Shown: in pieces, positions 22,060-34,291 of the stretch | Layout: each line of letters starts with the position of its first letter | Position numbering within the stretch: position 1 is the first letter of the stretch | NCBI RefSeq assembly: GCF_001194135.2 | Contig: NC_068982.1 | Span: forward strand, 69,375,353 to 69,421,520 | DNA from: Octopus bimaculoides | Taxonomy: Eukaryota | Reading direction: 5' to 3' | Length of the DNA stretch: 46,168 nucleotides | The notes under the pieces: generated by a model | Database searches by the model: none | What the model was told of the DNA's origin: nothing | The model's input: the letters and a program-made list of their open reading frames with translations, nothing else | Position numbers and translations under genes: made by a program

Positions 22060-22262
22060 CACTCTACCGAATCATTAAAGCGTTTGGGTAAACGCTTTGC
22101 GGTATTTGTTTCAACTCTACGTTCTCAGTTCAAATTCTGTCGAAGTCAACCTTCATCCCTCTGGGGTCAACAAGGAGTAATGTAAATCAAGATCTGGTGT
22201 CGACGATATATATTAACTGCCACTCGCAAAATTACGGGCCTTGCACCTAAATGTAAATAATT
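22060..22262 (+). mobile_element. SINE family 2, highly diverged
   Basis: gaatcatta...ggtattt...ctcagttcaaattc...ggccttgcacc. Confidence 0.65.
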
Positions 22263-22533
22263 CTTCCCTTAATTCGATGACATATTAGACGCACTGTTTT
22301 TCAAAAAAAGATGTCTGAAAAAATCACCGCGCGTCCTGCGTGCGACGTTGGGTTTCTTTTACATGCTTTAAGGCGTTAAAAACTTCTTTCCTGAATATAC
22401 GCTGCTGAATTCTTTCCTGAATATGCCCTGCTCAATTTCAGCAGCCGTCAGATGAGTTTATATTTGTCTTTGTCACTTCACAAAAATTTCTAAGTGAAGA
22501 CAAATCATTTTCCGAAACAGTATTTTCTATTCT

Positions 22534-22919
22534 GTGGAGGCGCAATAGCCCAGTGGTTAGGGCAGCGGACTCGCGGTCATAGGATCACGGTTTCGATTCC
22601 CAGAACGGGCATTGTGAGTGTTTATTGAGCGAAAACACCTAAAGCTTCACGAGCCTCCGGCAGGGGATGGTGGCGAACCCTACTGTACTCTTCCACCACA
22701 ACTTTCTCTCACTCTTACTTCCTGTTTCTGTTGTGCCTGTAATTCAAAGGGCCAGCCTTGTCACACCGTGTCACGCTGAATATCCCCGAGAACTATGTTA
22801 AGGGTCCACGTGTCTGTGGAGTGCTCAGCCACTTGCACGTTAATTTCACGAGCAGGCTGTTCCGTTGATCGGATCAACTGGAACCCTCGACGTCGTAAGC
22901 GACGAAGTGCCAACAACAA
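22534..22919 (+). mobile_element. SINE family 3b, full length with 12-bp TSD
   Basis: tRNA-like head ggaggcgcaatagcccagtggttagggcagcggac...gtttcgattccc; (CAA)n tail; attttctattct at 22522-22533 and 22920-22931. Confidence 0.92.
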
Positions 22920-23611
22920 ATTTTCTATTCTACAGTATTTTCTTCGATTCTATTTTCTATTATATTCTTGTATTCTATTCTATTCTTCCAGTTCCTTTTG
23001 GTTTAACGTTTGACCTGATTTAAAAAGCAGAATAATAATTTGTTACTTCCACGTTATAAAACTTGCATAATTTGATTTTATATAAATATCTAAATAATGT
23101 TTTTTTGTGCTTTGATTATAATTTGGTTTGTTGGAACAAATAAGCACAAAACTAATTTCATTTTAACTGGAAAAGCTAAATTACTGACAAGGAAACCCTT
23201 GTTTCATGCCATCGGGTTTATAAGAGAGATGAAAGAGAGAGAGGGGGATAGAGAGAAAGAGAAAAGGAGAGAAGTCAAAATATTTGAATTTTATAGATAT
23301 TTAGAAATGTAAGTCAAAGCGTACTGTATCATTTTAAAACAGGAAAACACCAAAACGTACGGAGAGAAGACTGAGCTATACGATTTTTACTGATTTTACG
23401 AAACTAACATCTTACGTCTTATAATTCCTATCAAAACTGAAATCTAACTTTACCAACGGAGAAAATATCCAAACTTAAATAGTAATACAGAATAAGAAAG
23501 ACACATTAGTTTAATGTTAATAAATTATTTAACAAAGATTGTTCTTTGTTGTAGTTTAACTGGAGAAATTATAACGGTGGGAAAAAATGTGTGATTTTTA
23601 AGAATTTCTAG

Positions 23612-23738
23612 GACTCTGACCTAGGCAAGACATTAAACTTCATCCAGCGGTGAAGCTCCAGCTCGAGAATTCGGGAGTTTTGTTTACTATGGAAGAACCC
23701 CTTAGTCACCACTACTCTGAGGTCTACACTGCCCAGGA
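23612..23738 (+). mobile_element. Unclassified interspersed repeat (family F), split by a MITE, apparently resuming at about 24272-24320
   Basis: Aligns by eye with the reverse complement of 40150-40315. Confidence 0.55.
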
Positions 23739-24271
23739 TGCGGAATTTTTTTTCCCACGAGAGTTCCGGACCCCAGTAATGAACTCATTTGCATACAGCC
23801 AATCAGAGCTCACCTTGATCATGTCAAGTTAACAAACGCACTGTGCCAAGTATATTCAAGACGAAGAATGGTATTGTAAGTCGACCGATCGCCAAGTTAT
23901 GCCTGATTTTAGAAGACAAGTAATTAGATAGATTTGCACCTATACCTATTATCGGATTTTGTTAGGACCCCCATATGGTAGGTAAAGATGTGTATGTGAA
24001 AAATGTGGGTAAAGGGTGATGTGTTAGCAACTTTCTGTTTTACAAAGTAAACAACAACACAAATAACGACGCAGCCATGGTTCAAACGAGAACAAGAACA
24101 ATAAGCATTATTAAAAGAGAAAAGAAGCATGGTCATTCCTTACCCAAGTGATCTTCTCTTATCGCCCATAACTTATGCGCTCATAAATTAGTTTGATAGT
24201 TGAGCTCTGATTGGCTGTATGCAAATGAGTTCACAACTGAGGTCCAGAAATCTCGTTGGAAAAATTTCGCG
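23739..24271. mobile_element. MITE-like DNA element with about 70-bp terminal inverted repeats
   Basis: 23746-23812 is the inverted repeat of 24201-24264, including a perfect 33-bp block; no transposase ORF; exact ends and TSD not resolved. Confidence 0.85.
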
Positions 24272-24561
24272 CCTGGAATGGCAGCACATGTCAAAGGCCT
24301 TTAATTTATGGGTCAAATATTAAAAGATGTTCCTCTGGCTAAGGCATACAGAAGGGTTGGCCTCCCTAGATAGGTATCATTCAGCCTCAAAGGTGTGTAG
24401 ATATATCTTGATATCATATGAACGAGTCTTCCAGACCATACTTTCCCGTTCAGCCATGTCTGATGAATACCAATTTACACCTCAACTTCTACAATGATAT
24501 CAGCATGAAATCTCTCGATAGTATTAACTGGTTGTCTTGAGAATATATTATATAAATAATA

Positions 24562-24564
<3 letters not shown>

Positions 24565-24615
<51 letters not shown>

Positions 24616-24826
24616 TTTGTGAGTTTGTGTATGCGTACACGCGTGTGTATTGTAATAAAGGTTGAGTGAATTGTCCCTAAGAATACGCGTAAAAAACATT
24701 AACATTTATACATACATACATACATACATACATACATGCATACGACATACATTTATATATACATACCGACAGATAGACAGACTGATATACAGAAAGACAA
24801 AAAGACAGACATAGACACATGGGTAT

Positions 24827-24902
<76 letters not shown>

Positions 24903-25210
24903 ACTGAATGGTTGATTGACCGATAGATATAACTATCAATACACACACACACATATATATATGAGATTTGTATTTTTACAGTTATTTTCATACACACACA
25001 CACACACACACACACATAAACACACACACATACACATAAACACACACACATACGCATAAACACACACACATACACACACACACGTACATACACATCCACA
25101 TATGTATTGCGTCTGCATACGCGCATGTATATGTATGTGTGCGTGTGTATGTGGAACACTATGGGGAGGAGTACGTGTGTGTGCGTGCGTTGCTCTGTGT
25201 GTGTGTGTGC
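24565..25210. repeat. Compound (TG)n, (CATA)n, (GATA)n, (CA)n microsatellites
   Basis: Direct reading. Confidence 0.9.
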
Positions 25211-25639
25211 GCGCGCGCGCTTCTGTGTATTGCTATTTTATACACTCACACTGAATATGTCTCTAAAAATTAGTTCACTCATTAGAGGAAAACTCCCACA
25301 GAATGTATCACGCGCATATGTACTCTTCAATCAAATACTGAGTAAACAAATAGACAGAAATCAGCCTGCATTTACGACATTATAATAATAATATCCTCCT
25401 AAAACGTCACTCACGGCACACGGGTTCAACAGCGTTACGCATAGTATACGTAATTATTGAAGTTAAATGAACGGAGAAATAGTAATTTGTCTCACATAAA
25501 ATGTTAGCAATTTACTGAATTTCATGCATTAAATTAATATTGTTATAATGAATTGGATATCATTTACTTGTATATTAAATAATTAGTATTTATAGTTTTT
25601 GTCGGAGTAGGAACTGTCAACCTTGCCTACCCACACGGC

Positions 25640-26042
<403 letters not shown>

Positions 26043-26244
26043 TGCTTGTGAGAATAGTATATGTGTGAGTGCATAATCTTGCAAATTGAGCAAAGAGTTG
26101 GAAACAGAGAGAGACAGACAGACAAACAGACAGACTGAGAAGAAGATGAAATAGAAGGGAAACTAATAGAGACAAAAGCTTGAATGACTCAGTTCTCAAT
26201 TTAGCCCCGGAGAATATGGAGTTAGATTAATACGACCGACCGAC

Positions 26245-26262
26245 CTGGTTTATCTTCCTTAC
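26245..26262 (-). other. Strong 3' splice site followed by GTAAGG: candidate recursive site or 18-nt microexon
   Basis: cattttctttgttcgtttgtttattttacattttatag|GTAAGGAAGATAAACCAG|gtcggt. Confidence 0.3.
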
Positions 26263-26716
26263 CTATAAAATGTAAAATAAACAAACGAACAAAGAAAATG
26301 CTGAATGAATTGTAATGGCGGTAATAACAGAAGACATGAAACTACGTAAAATTAATAACAAAAATAACACAAATAATGAGAAAAAAAATCAACTATATGA
26401 CTATTTACTATCAATATTAAGCCTAATCTATAGCCGCTGGTGTCAATTATGAACACTAATACTCATTATCGTTCATAAATTAAAAACAACTGATTGTATT
26501 TAAGTAGACACAAGATATGAACTAGCAATGGGTTTTTTTCTATTTGTTTGCTTTTTTAGTAATTAATTAACGACAATTATAAAACTATTAAACATTAAGC
26601 TAATAACAACAGTGTTAACAACATCAAAAAAATATATTTTGAAAAATAAAAAAACCCATCAAAATAAAAAAATGTGTATGTGCATATATATATAGAGAGA
26701 GAGAGAGGGGGGCATT

Positions 26717-26770
26717 AACAACAACAACAACAACAACAACAATAATAATAATAATAATAATAATAATAAT
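26717..26770. repeat. (AAC)n(AAT)n, probably the tail of a minus-strand family-2 SINE fragment at about 26770-26825
   Basis: Direct reading; adjacent acactaggcctagaattt resembles the family-2 tail in reverse. Confidence 0.75.
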
Positions 26771-26830
26771 TCTTTTATTGACACTAGGCCTAGAATTTGT
26801 AGAGAAGAAGTATAGCTGACTGACTGAACA

Positions 26831-27049
26831 TGGCGAGCTGGCAGAATCGTTAACGCGTTGAACAAAATGCTTAGCAACACCTCTTCAAGCTCTTTTTTGC
26901 TCTGAGTTCAAATCCTGCCGAGGTCAACAATGTTTTTCATCCTTTCGGGCTCGATAAAATAAAATGCAAGTCATTTACTTGGAGTGATGCAACTGACGAA
27001 CCCTTTCTCCTAAAATTGCTGGCCCTTGTGCCAAAATTTGTAACAATAT
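26831..27049 (+). mobile_element. SINE family 2
   Basis: ggcgagctggcagaatcgtta...ctgagttcaaatcc...ccttgtgccaaaatttg. Confidence 0.85.
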
Positions 27050-27054
27050 AGTTG

Positions 27055-27320
27055 ACAGAATCGACTTTCAATACATTACTAGCACCTATTAATTATATCG
27101 ACCTAAAAAAAAAAACGCTTAAGTCCACCTTGGCGGGAATTTGAATCTAGAATATAAAGAGACGTGACTAAATTACACAGTCTTTATTCAGAAATTCTGC
27201 ATCTTTAATAATAATGGTTTCTAGCATAAACACCAAGCCACAAATTTAATGCAGGAAGGAAATAAACTAATCCATCACGATGGGTATCTATTTTAACTTT
27301 ATCAGTACATATTTTATCGA
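27055..27320 (-). mobile_element. Two degraded minus-strand family-2 SINE fragments
   Basis: ccaccttggcgggaatttgaatctagaat and cagtacatattttatcgatcc are reverse-complement family-2 motifs. Confidence 0.55.
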
Positions 27321-27853
27321 TCCTAGTAACAGAGATATTTTTTATGCTTCAAGAAAATGTCTATATGAAAATAGCCGATAAAAATATTGGTTGGTTTGTT
27401 GGTTGGGTGGTTGGCTGATTAATTACTCCAGTCACGATTTATTTCATGTAGAGAGAGGAGATAGAGCAAAAAAGAGATGCAGTCAACATGAGCGGTACAT
27501 GATGAGTTCACATGCTAGGCCTGGTGGCAGATAATGAGTAAAGCAAAGCTACATACACACATTGTGATAAAGAAAGAATCATAGATAGGGGAGGAGAGCT
27601 GAAAGAGAAATTTTGTGGGATGAGTCATACGAATTTATCTTCTAGAATTTTAACTGAAGATGATAAAAATTATTCTTTTGAAAAATAGTATTCATTTCAT
27701 CATTCTCTATAGGCACCAAGAAATTGGATAATAGTTTAATCATAATTATTATATGTATGCCATATTTTCTGATATTACTCGTGATGGCAAATGCATACTT
27801 CCAAAGTTACTCATGACGGGTGACGCAGTAGTTTAATGCATAGGAGTACACAT

Positions 27854-27991
<138 letters not shown>

Positions 27992-30194
27992 GCATTTATA
28001 CGTATGTATATTTTGTGTCTGTGTCGAGTGGTAGATGCTGTAATATTTCAATCTGACTCGGTTACCTCCTTTTACACCCGATCGAGTTTCATTCTGTCTT
28101 GTGGTATGATTGGAAGGAGAAAATATATCCCAAGTATACTGGAGTCAATAAAATCCCTTGAAAGCTGTGTCCAAAGATGGCCGCATTCCAGTATCTGAAA
28201 CCAGTTTTAAAAAATGATAATAATAAAATCATATAAAAAAAAGCATTAAATTCTTAAGAAAGGAAGTTTATACCTTACAGCGTTAAGGTAAAAGTGATAA
28301 AGGGAAACATAAAAGAAGTAATTAGTTAGAAATATAAATTGCAAGTTTTAGATGGCGACGCGATATCAATGGAAGAATATAATTGGATTAAGGAATTTCC
28401 GGGTATAAATAAAATTTAGTGAGCAAGATTAACATCATAGCAAGAAACGGTAAAGAGCAGAGTAGATGTTAATGAGATCGAGAAAAATATATGACGAAAA
28501 TAATGTCACTTGTTGCAATCAATATATGCTATGATGGTGATGCTCTTGTAATAGAAATATTGGGTTTTGGAGTTGTACTTGTTTGGCAAATGATTTGATC
28601 TGAGACCGTGGATTGAAACTAAAACAATTGCAGTGTGGAAGACTCAGTAGAACTGTGTCAGTGACCAAATTGTAGACAATGAAAGGAAAATTTTACACTA
28701 AATAATAAGTTATTAAGTAAAATTAATAGTCTATGTGTGTTTTCGAATGGTTATAATGAGTCTCCCACGTTGCAATCGCTGTTAGGTTTGAATTTTCTTT
28801 TCTTAAAGCGGAAAATGCTGATTGCGTAAAAGGTGACTGGAAGAACACGTAAAAATTGTAAAAAGATCTCAGTCACTTTCGCGAATATTTCCAAAACCAA
28901 TTGCAACACCAGGCTTATGATGTATTACAAAGAATATATTAATTATTGCATAAAAGATATACAGACTTAATTTAAACAAAGCCTTCGACCACATCAACTG
29001 TGAACATGAAACTCATCGCAGATTTTTTTTTTCTTCTGATTATCGCTTATTCTATAGGAAGTACATTCTGAAATAAATAACAGATATAAATTGTGGAATG
29101 CTGCCTATCAAAAATATACTACATGCTAGGTCCTTACAGCAAACATGGTGCTTTCTATGGACTCTTAAATAGAAGAAAGCTGTTGATTAATCACAGATTA
29201 TGGACTAGCATTGTAGTAGGCAACTAATGCCTGCTACAGCGGACTGACTGTCGTCTGGAAATAAACAACAAAAGTGTATGCTTATTATATGAATGATAGT
29301 CTATGTATGAGCTGTTGGGAACTCAATTAACCGTTCGTTCGTTCTAATTATACGACTTGTTAATTTAAAAATGGAGTATAAAAAAATAGTTCCTAAGTAA
29401 AGAAATAAAAAAAAATGTTATCAGAGCTTTTAGCCATAATTTATCCATCTTCCGGGAAGATGCGACGTTAAAAAGAGCTAATATATCTCGTGGCGAGTAA
29501 ATGAGCACAATTATCTGAAAACCTGATATGCCTAGAAGCTTTAGAAGCGATATGGAAATGAATAACTGGTTAGCTTGTGAGTAACATGTTAAGTGTGTAT
29601 GTATGTATGTATGTGAGTGCGTGAGAAAGGGGGTAGATGAGAACGAAAGAGGAGCGAAAGAGAAAGAGAAATTTAAAACTTGTACGGTGAGCACTGCAAT
29701 CCGACACTGAATTCTCGGATTAATATTACAGAAACCCTGTTTGGTCATTTCTTGAATCTCTGTTGAAATGGGGTGACTGACGTACAATCACATTTCGTTC
29801 ATTTATAAAACCAATTCCAACATTTTTGTAAAAGAATTAACGAATAATTGTTGTGAACGGCAGCGTAAATTAGATCTACTTGAACTTAACCCACATATAG
29901 GTTTTCTTTTCTTATTTGAAACTATTCATTTCGTTATCTTCTTGTTACTTTTAGCTACATAAAGCAATTTGACCTTTTCACCGTGCGCTAATGAAACACG
30001 TGTTATTATAACCCTTTTTCTTAGAGAAGATTATTGAATTCTACATATGTTAATTTTTCCATGGACTTAACACAACTGGACATAGTACTAGCATAAAAAA
30101 TTTCATGTAAAGAGAATTTATACATAAAACCACTATAGAGCAACTCATGCAGTACATGTCGTCATCGTAGTATCCTCATTATGGTAGTTGTTAA

Positions 30195-30414
30195 CCCTTT
30201 AGCATTCAGATTTCTCTGTCAAATGTAATGTTTATTTATTGACAATGTTTTGCATTAATATTGCATTATCTCATAACTTTGAGATTTCAATGATGTGATT
30301 GTATATTTTTACGATTACATTGAAGAGTAGGTGCGAGAGGCCAGATTTGGCCAGTTGAAACATAAAGCAAGTAGAATATCTGGGGCGGATATGGCTTGTT
30401 TAAGTGCTAAAGGG
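30195..30414. mobile_element. Non-autonomous piggyBac-like MITE (220 bp)
   Basis: TTAA at 30191-30194, TIR CCCTTTAGCA on the left and TGCTAAAGGG on the right, followed by TTAT (decayed TTAA). CCC-start TIR plus TTAA TSD is the piggyBac signature. Confidence 0.8.
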
Positions 30415-30863
30415 TTATGATATCACTAAAGGCCAAGTTTTCGAGTAGTGAATCATTACATTCGCTGTAGACGTAACGCATTCAATTCATCAAGACAAGA
30501 GCAGGGCATCAATTCATCAGTTGTTAAGATATTTTTTTACAGTGTTTATGCGACTTATCCGTTGAAATATTAAGTAAGCGTTGAGAATATAATGGCCTTA
30601 GATAAATACAGTACAGACAACATGATTTCAACCCTTAAAGAAATATAGCGAAGTAGAGCATGCATTTTGACTGATGCTCCACTGATTCTACAAGTATAAA
30701 CACATTCTTGCACTAGAATTTTCATTTCTGTTTACTACAATCTCCTTCATAGAAATACAGGCTATCTCTTCTGTCTTGCAACTAACTATATCTCTGTCTC
30801 TCTATTTGCTTTAACTCAAACACACGCTCAAGCACACAAGCGCATGCGCACTATAATTCCAAT

Positions 30864-30864
<1 letters not shown>

Positions 30865-30903
<39 letters not shown>

Positions 30904-31055
30904 ATTCTCTCTTCTCGTTAAAAATTCTTTTCTTTCTTTCTTTCCTTTATCCTTTTGCACATTGTACCATTTTCATTTGTTCTATAATTACCAACTCCTT
31001 TCCTCCCTCACTAACTTCCTCATTCTCTCTTCTTCTCTCTTCCTCTCTCTCCCTC

Positions 31056-31093
<38 letters not shown>

Positions 31094-31270
31094 TCCATCT
31101 CCATCTCTCTTTCCCTCTCTCTCATTCTCTTTCCCCTTTTTTCTCCCCACCCTCTCTCTCTCCCTTTGCTATACTCACATGCTTTTTCTCTTACCCAATT
31201 TTTTTCTACCTTCTTTCCCTTTCTTCTCCCTATCCTTTCATCCTACTCCCCTCTATGTCCCTGTCAGTCT
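30865..31270. repeat. CT-rich polypyrimidine tract / (CT)n
   Basis: Direct reading. Confidence 0.9.
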
Positions 31271-31466
31271 CCTACGCCCCTCCTCATTTACACATTATCT
31301 CACACGCAGTGAGTCAACATCACATTATGAAAGAAACATTTTGCTTTACAATATCAATTCTATCGCGAAAACAATTCCCTGGCACACGCAATTACCATTA
31401 CCCTTGACTCTTGTCGATTGAACACAAAAATACGTGTGCCTATGATAGAAAGAAAGATAGATAGAC

Positions 31467-31512
<46 letters not shown>

Positions 31513-31706
31513 GCAGCAGACTGATAGATGGATAGATAGATAAATGAAAAGATGCACGTGTGTGTATGTGTGCGCGTGCGCGTGCGCGCGTTCGTTATGA
31601 ACGACAGAAACAGCTTTAGTTCAAAATAATAATCTCGGCATCATACTCAAAGAAGACACTTGGTCAAAGCCTGTTATACTGTGATACTCGTTCCTAGATA
31701 GCAGAA

Positions 31707-31923
31707 ATATAGCACTAACAGACGAAAATCGCTCAGCAGCGATGGTAGGTCATTGCTAAACATGTATTTCTGCTTCTGCTTTACGTTATCAGTAACGAAT
31801 AATTTTGTCTTAACATGCGGTCGCTTGTAGATACTTCCTACTTACGAAACACAAAGATGCAGAAATACGTATTTCGCAATGCCATCACCGCTGCTGGATG
31901 GTTTTTGTTTGCTACTGATATAT
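31707..31923. mobile_element. Foldback (MITE-like) element with about 70-bp imperfect arms
   Basis: 31707-31777 is an inverted repeat of 31855-31923. Confidence 0.75.
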
Positions 31924-32088
31924 ATATGTTTTTTTTTTATATTATATATCTATAAGAAATGCTTTCTCGAGACGAATAACGCAGTTTAGCAGGCTTTCAA
32001 CAATGTAATAGTGCATCTGCTTTAAGTATTACACACACACACACACACACACACATGCTCATACAAGCATACATGCATACATGTGAAG

Positions 32089-32230
32089 GCACAAGGCTCT
32101 GTGGTTAAGGTTTTCGGCTTGTCCGTATAAGATAGTGGTACGGTTCGTGAACTGGAGAGCGCTTTGTATCCTTGAGCAAGGCATTTCTCGTTGCTCCATT
32201 TTACGCACCTGTAAATAGGTCGTAGTCGGG
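32089..32230 (+). mobile_element. Degraded tRNA-SINE head (family 3a-like)
   Basis: ggctctgtggttaagg (A-box), ggttcg, and tccttgagcaaggcattt...ttgctcca. Confidence 0.55.
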
Positions 32231-32525
32231 TGCTAACAGAATCAGTCGTCATACATTAAACATGAACACGAACACAGACAATACACACTCTTCACACACA
32301 CGCACACTCACACACACACGTACATACATTTTTTGTAAGCTTTGGGATTATGTGTAGGTAGGAGTATATACAACTGATATAATCTTACATAGATACAAGT
32401 TAGCAAATTAATACATTACGGGATATATTTATACAGAACATGTTTAGAAATCTCATATATATATTATTAATTCTAGACATTTAAAATATACACACATATA
32501 TTGAAAAAATACAGATATTCTTATA

Positions 32526-33180
32526 AGCGCAAACATGACTGTGTATTTAAGAAGCTTGCTTTGCAACTACATGGTTTCGGGTTCAGCCCCACTCGCACGG
32601 CTCAGCATCTTGAGCAACTGTTTTCTACAAGAGCCGCGGACTATAATGAATTTCGTAGAAATTGTACGGAAATCCGTCGTATATATCTAGTTTTAGAATA
32701 GAGGCAGCTGATAAAGGAATAATTCCATAAGTGGCTTGTTTGTTTTCCTATGTGTTCGTTCTGTTTCCTGTAAACAAAGTCCGTTTTGTTTTTATGCTCC
32801 CGTTCATTTTTCTAACGTCCTGTACCCGAATATGCATCTATATATACTTGTAGATGTAGGTATGTACATATATGTATATATACATGCATATGCTTATATA
32901 TCATTTGTTTTATTATATCTATGTATAGATAGATACACACATACATACACAGATGCCTATTTATGTGTGTTTTTGTGTTTGTACACGGTCACCTCTTCAC
33001 AACCGGCATTGGTTTGTTTAAGTCCCCATAATGTAGCTGTTCGACAAAAGAGCGATAAAATAAGTGCCAGACATAAAAAAAGACATATGTTACGGGGTTG
33101 ATTTGTTCAACAAAACTCTTCAAGGCGGTTTCTCAGCATGGCCATAGCCCAATGACTGAAACAAATAAAACAAAAAAGAT
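32526..33180 (+). mobile_element. Old family-1 SINE (head 32526-32680, tail 32965-33180) with an insert at about 32705-32900
   Basis: Head and tail motifs as at 45308; insert homologous to 19539-19700 (ctgat.aaggaa...gtcctgtaccc..atatgca). Confidence 0.75.
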
Positions 33181-33394
33181 ACCAAGGGACGTATTCATTC
33201 GTATATTTGAAAGATTATTTTTGTTTCTTTCCTAGCTTAAGAGCAACCCCAAAATCTCAATCTTTTGGCTCGTAAAGTATTGCTAGAGATATTCTTTCGA
33301 CTGTATTTAGGCCACCTGCTGTATTGAAGATTTACCAAAATATTGGAAACTGTCTCGATCAAGCATCGATATTTGCTTAAATGTCATGTGTGCG

Positions 33395-33446
<52 letters not shown>

Positions 33447-33841
33447 AGCGCGCGCGTAATTTTCTAAGATCTTGTAAACATACATCTACAACTTCTGTTC
33501 ATATATATAAGTATATGTATATATATTCATGTATGTATGTATNNNNNNNNNNNNNNNNNNNNNNNNNNNNNNNNNNNNNNNNNNNNNNNNNNNNNNNNNN
33601 NNNNNNNNNTATATATATATACATATACATATACATATACATTATACATATATATACTCATATATATTCACATATATTCTCTAGTCTGTAAGGACAGAAG
33701 TTATCTCAGCCTTCAGTAAAACTTAAAAATTATAAGATCACCAAGGTAACGATAGCAATATATATTTTCCACAGTGTTCAAATTATGTCGCGATCACGGC
33801 GGCGTCAGAGAAAGTAGACTGAAGATCTTTTTTTATATATA

Positions 33842-33990
33842 TACTGAAAAGATCCTGACTTAAAGGGTAATTAAGAGTTATTTTACAGGGCTTAGAAAAG
33901 CTAAAGGACCACTACAATAAGTGTATGGACCTGAGAGGGGAATATGTTGAATAAAATCATAATGAACTGATCCTCCGGTATTTTCTTATA
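33842..33990 (+). mobile_element. Mariner-derived MITE remnant
   Basis: 33895-33954 encodes EKLKDHYNKCMDLRGEYVE*, the mariner transposase C-terminal pattern (L..RW.KC....G.YVE); preceded by TIR-like tactgaaaagatcctgact. Confidence 0.7.
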
Positions 33991-34011
33991 TATACATATA
34001 CGAAAGAAGAG

Positions 34012-34203
34012 AGATGACAAAGGAATAAACGATTATCTTATGAATTTCATTAGCTTACAGCTGTTTCAATTTCGTATTTGAAACTGTGATGAAATTGTAA
34101 GGTGTTTCTCAGGCACTCAACTATGAGTCCATCACATCTTATAGTGGAAGCAGCCGTAAACTAATGAAGTTTATAGAATAATCGTTTATTCTTTTGTCAT
34201 TTC
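34012..34203. mobile_element. Foldback element with about 55-bp arms
   Basis: 34012-34067 is an inverted repeat of 34147-34203. Confidence 0.8.
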
Positions 34204-34291
34204 TTTTCTTATTACCGTTCTGAACTCGACCAACGCTTCTACACCAGAATATATCAGTATCGCAATGCCTAAGCGAAATATATACATATTT

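Noticed and set aside
22445-22535. Hammerhead ribozyme (caGATGAg...hairpin...ccGAAAC)
   Set aside because: U4 is mutated and neither helix I nor helix III with a cleavage triplet can be formed.
22536-22610. tRNA gene
   Set aside because: A- and B-boxes are present but there is no acceptor stem; it continues into a SINE body with tail and TSD.
23297-23308. 12-nt plus-strand microexon (ttttatag|ATATTTAGAAAT|gtaagt)
   Set aside because: Upstream sequence is a purine-rich GA repeat with only a very short pyrimidine tract; within chance expectation.
29770-29830. Core promoter (TGACGTA plus TATAAAA)
   Set aside because: Both motifs are frequent by chance in AT-rich DNA; no supporting downstream exon.
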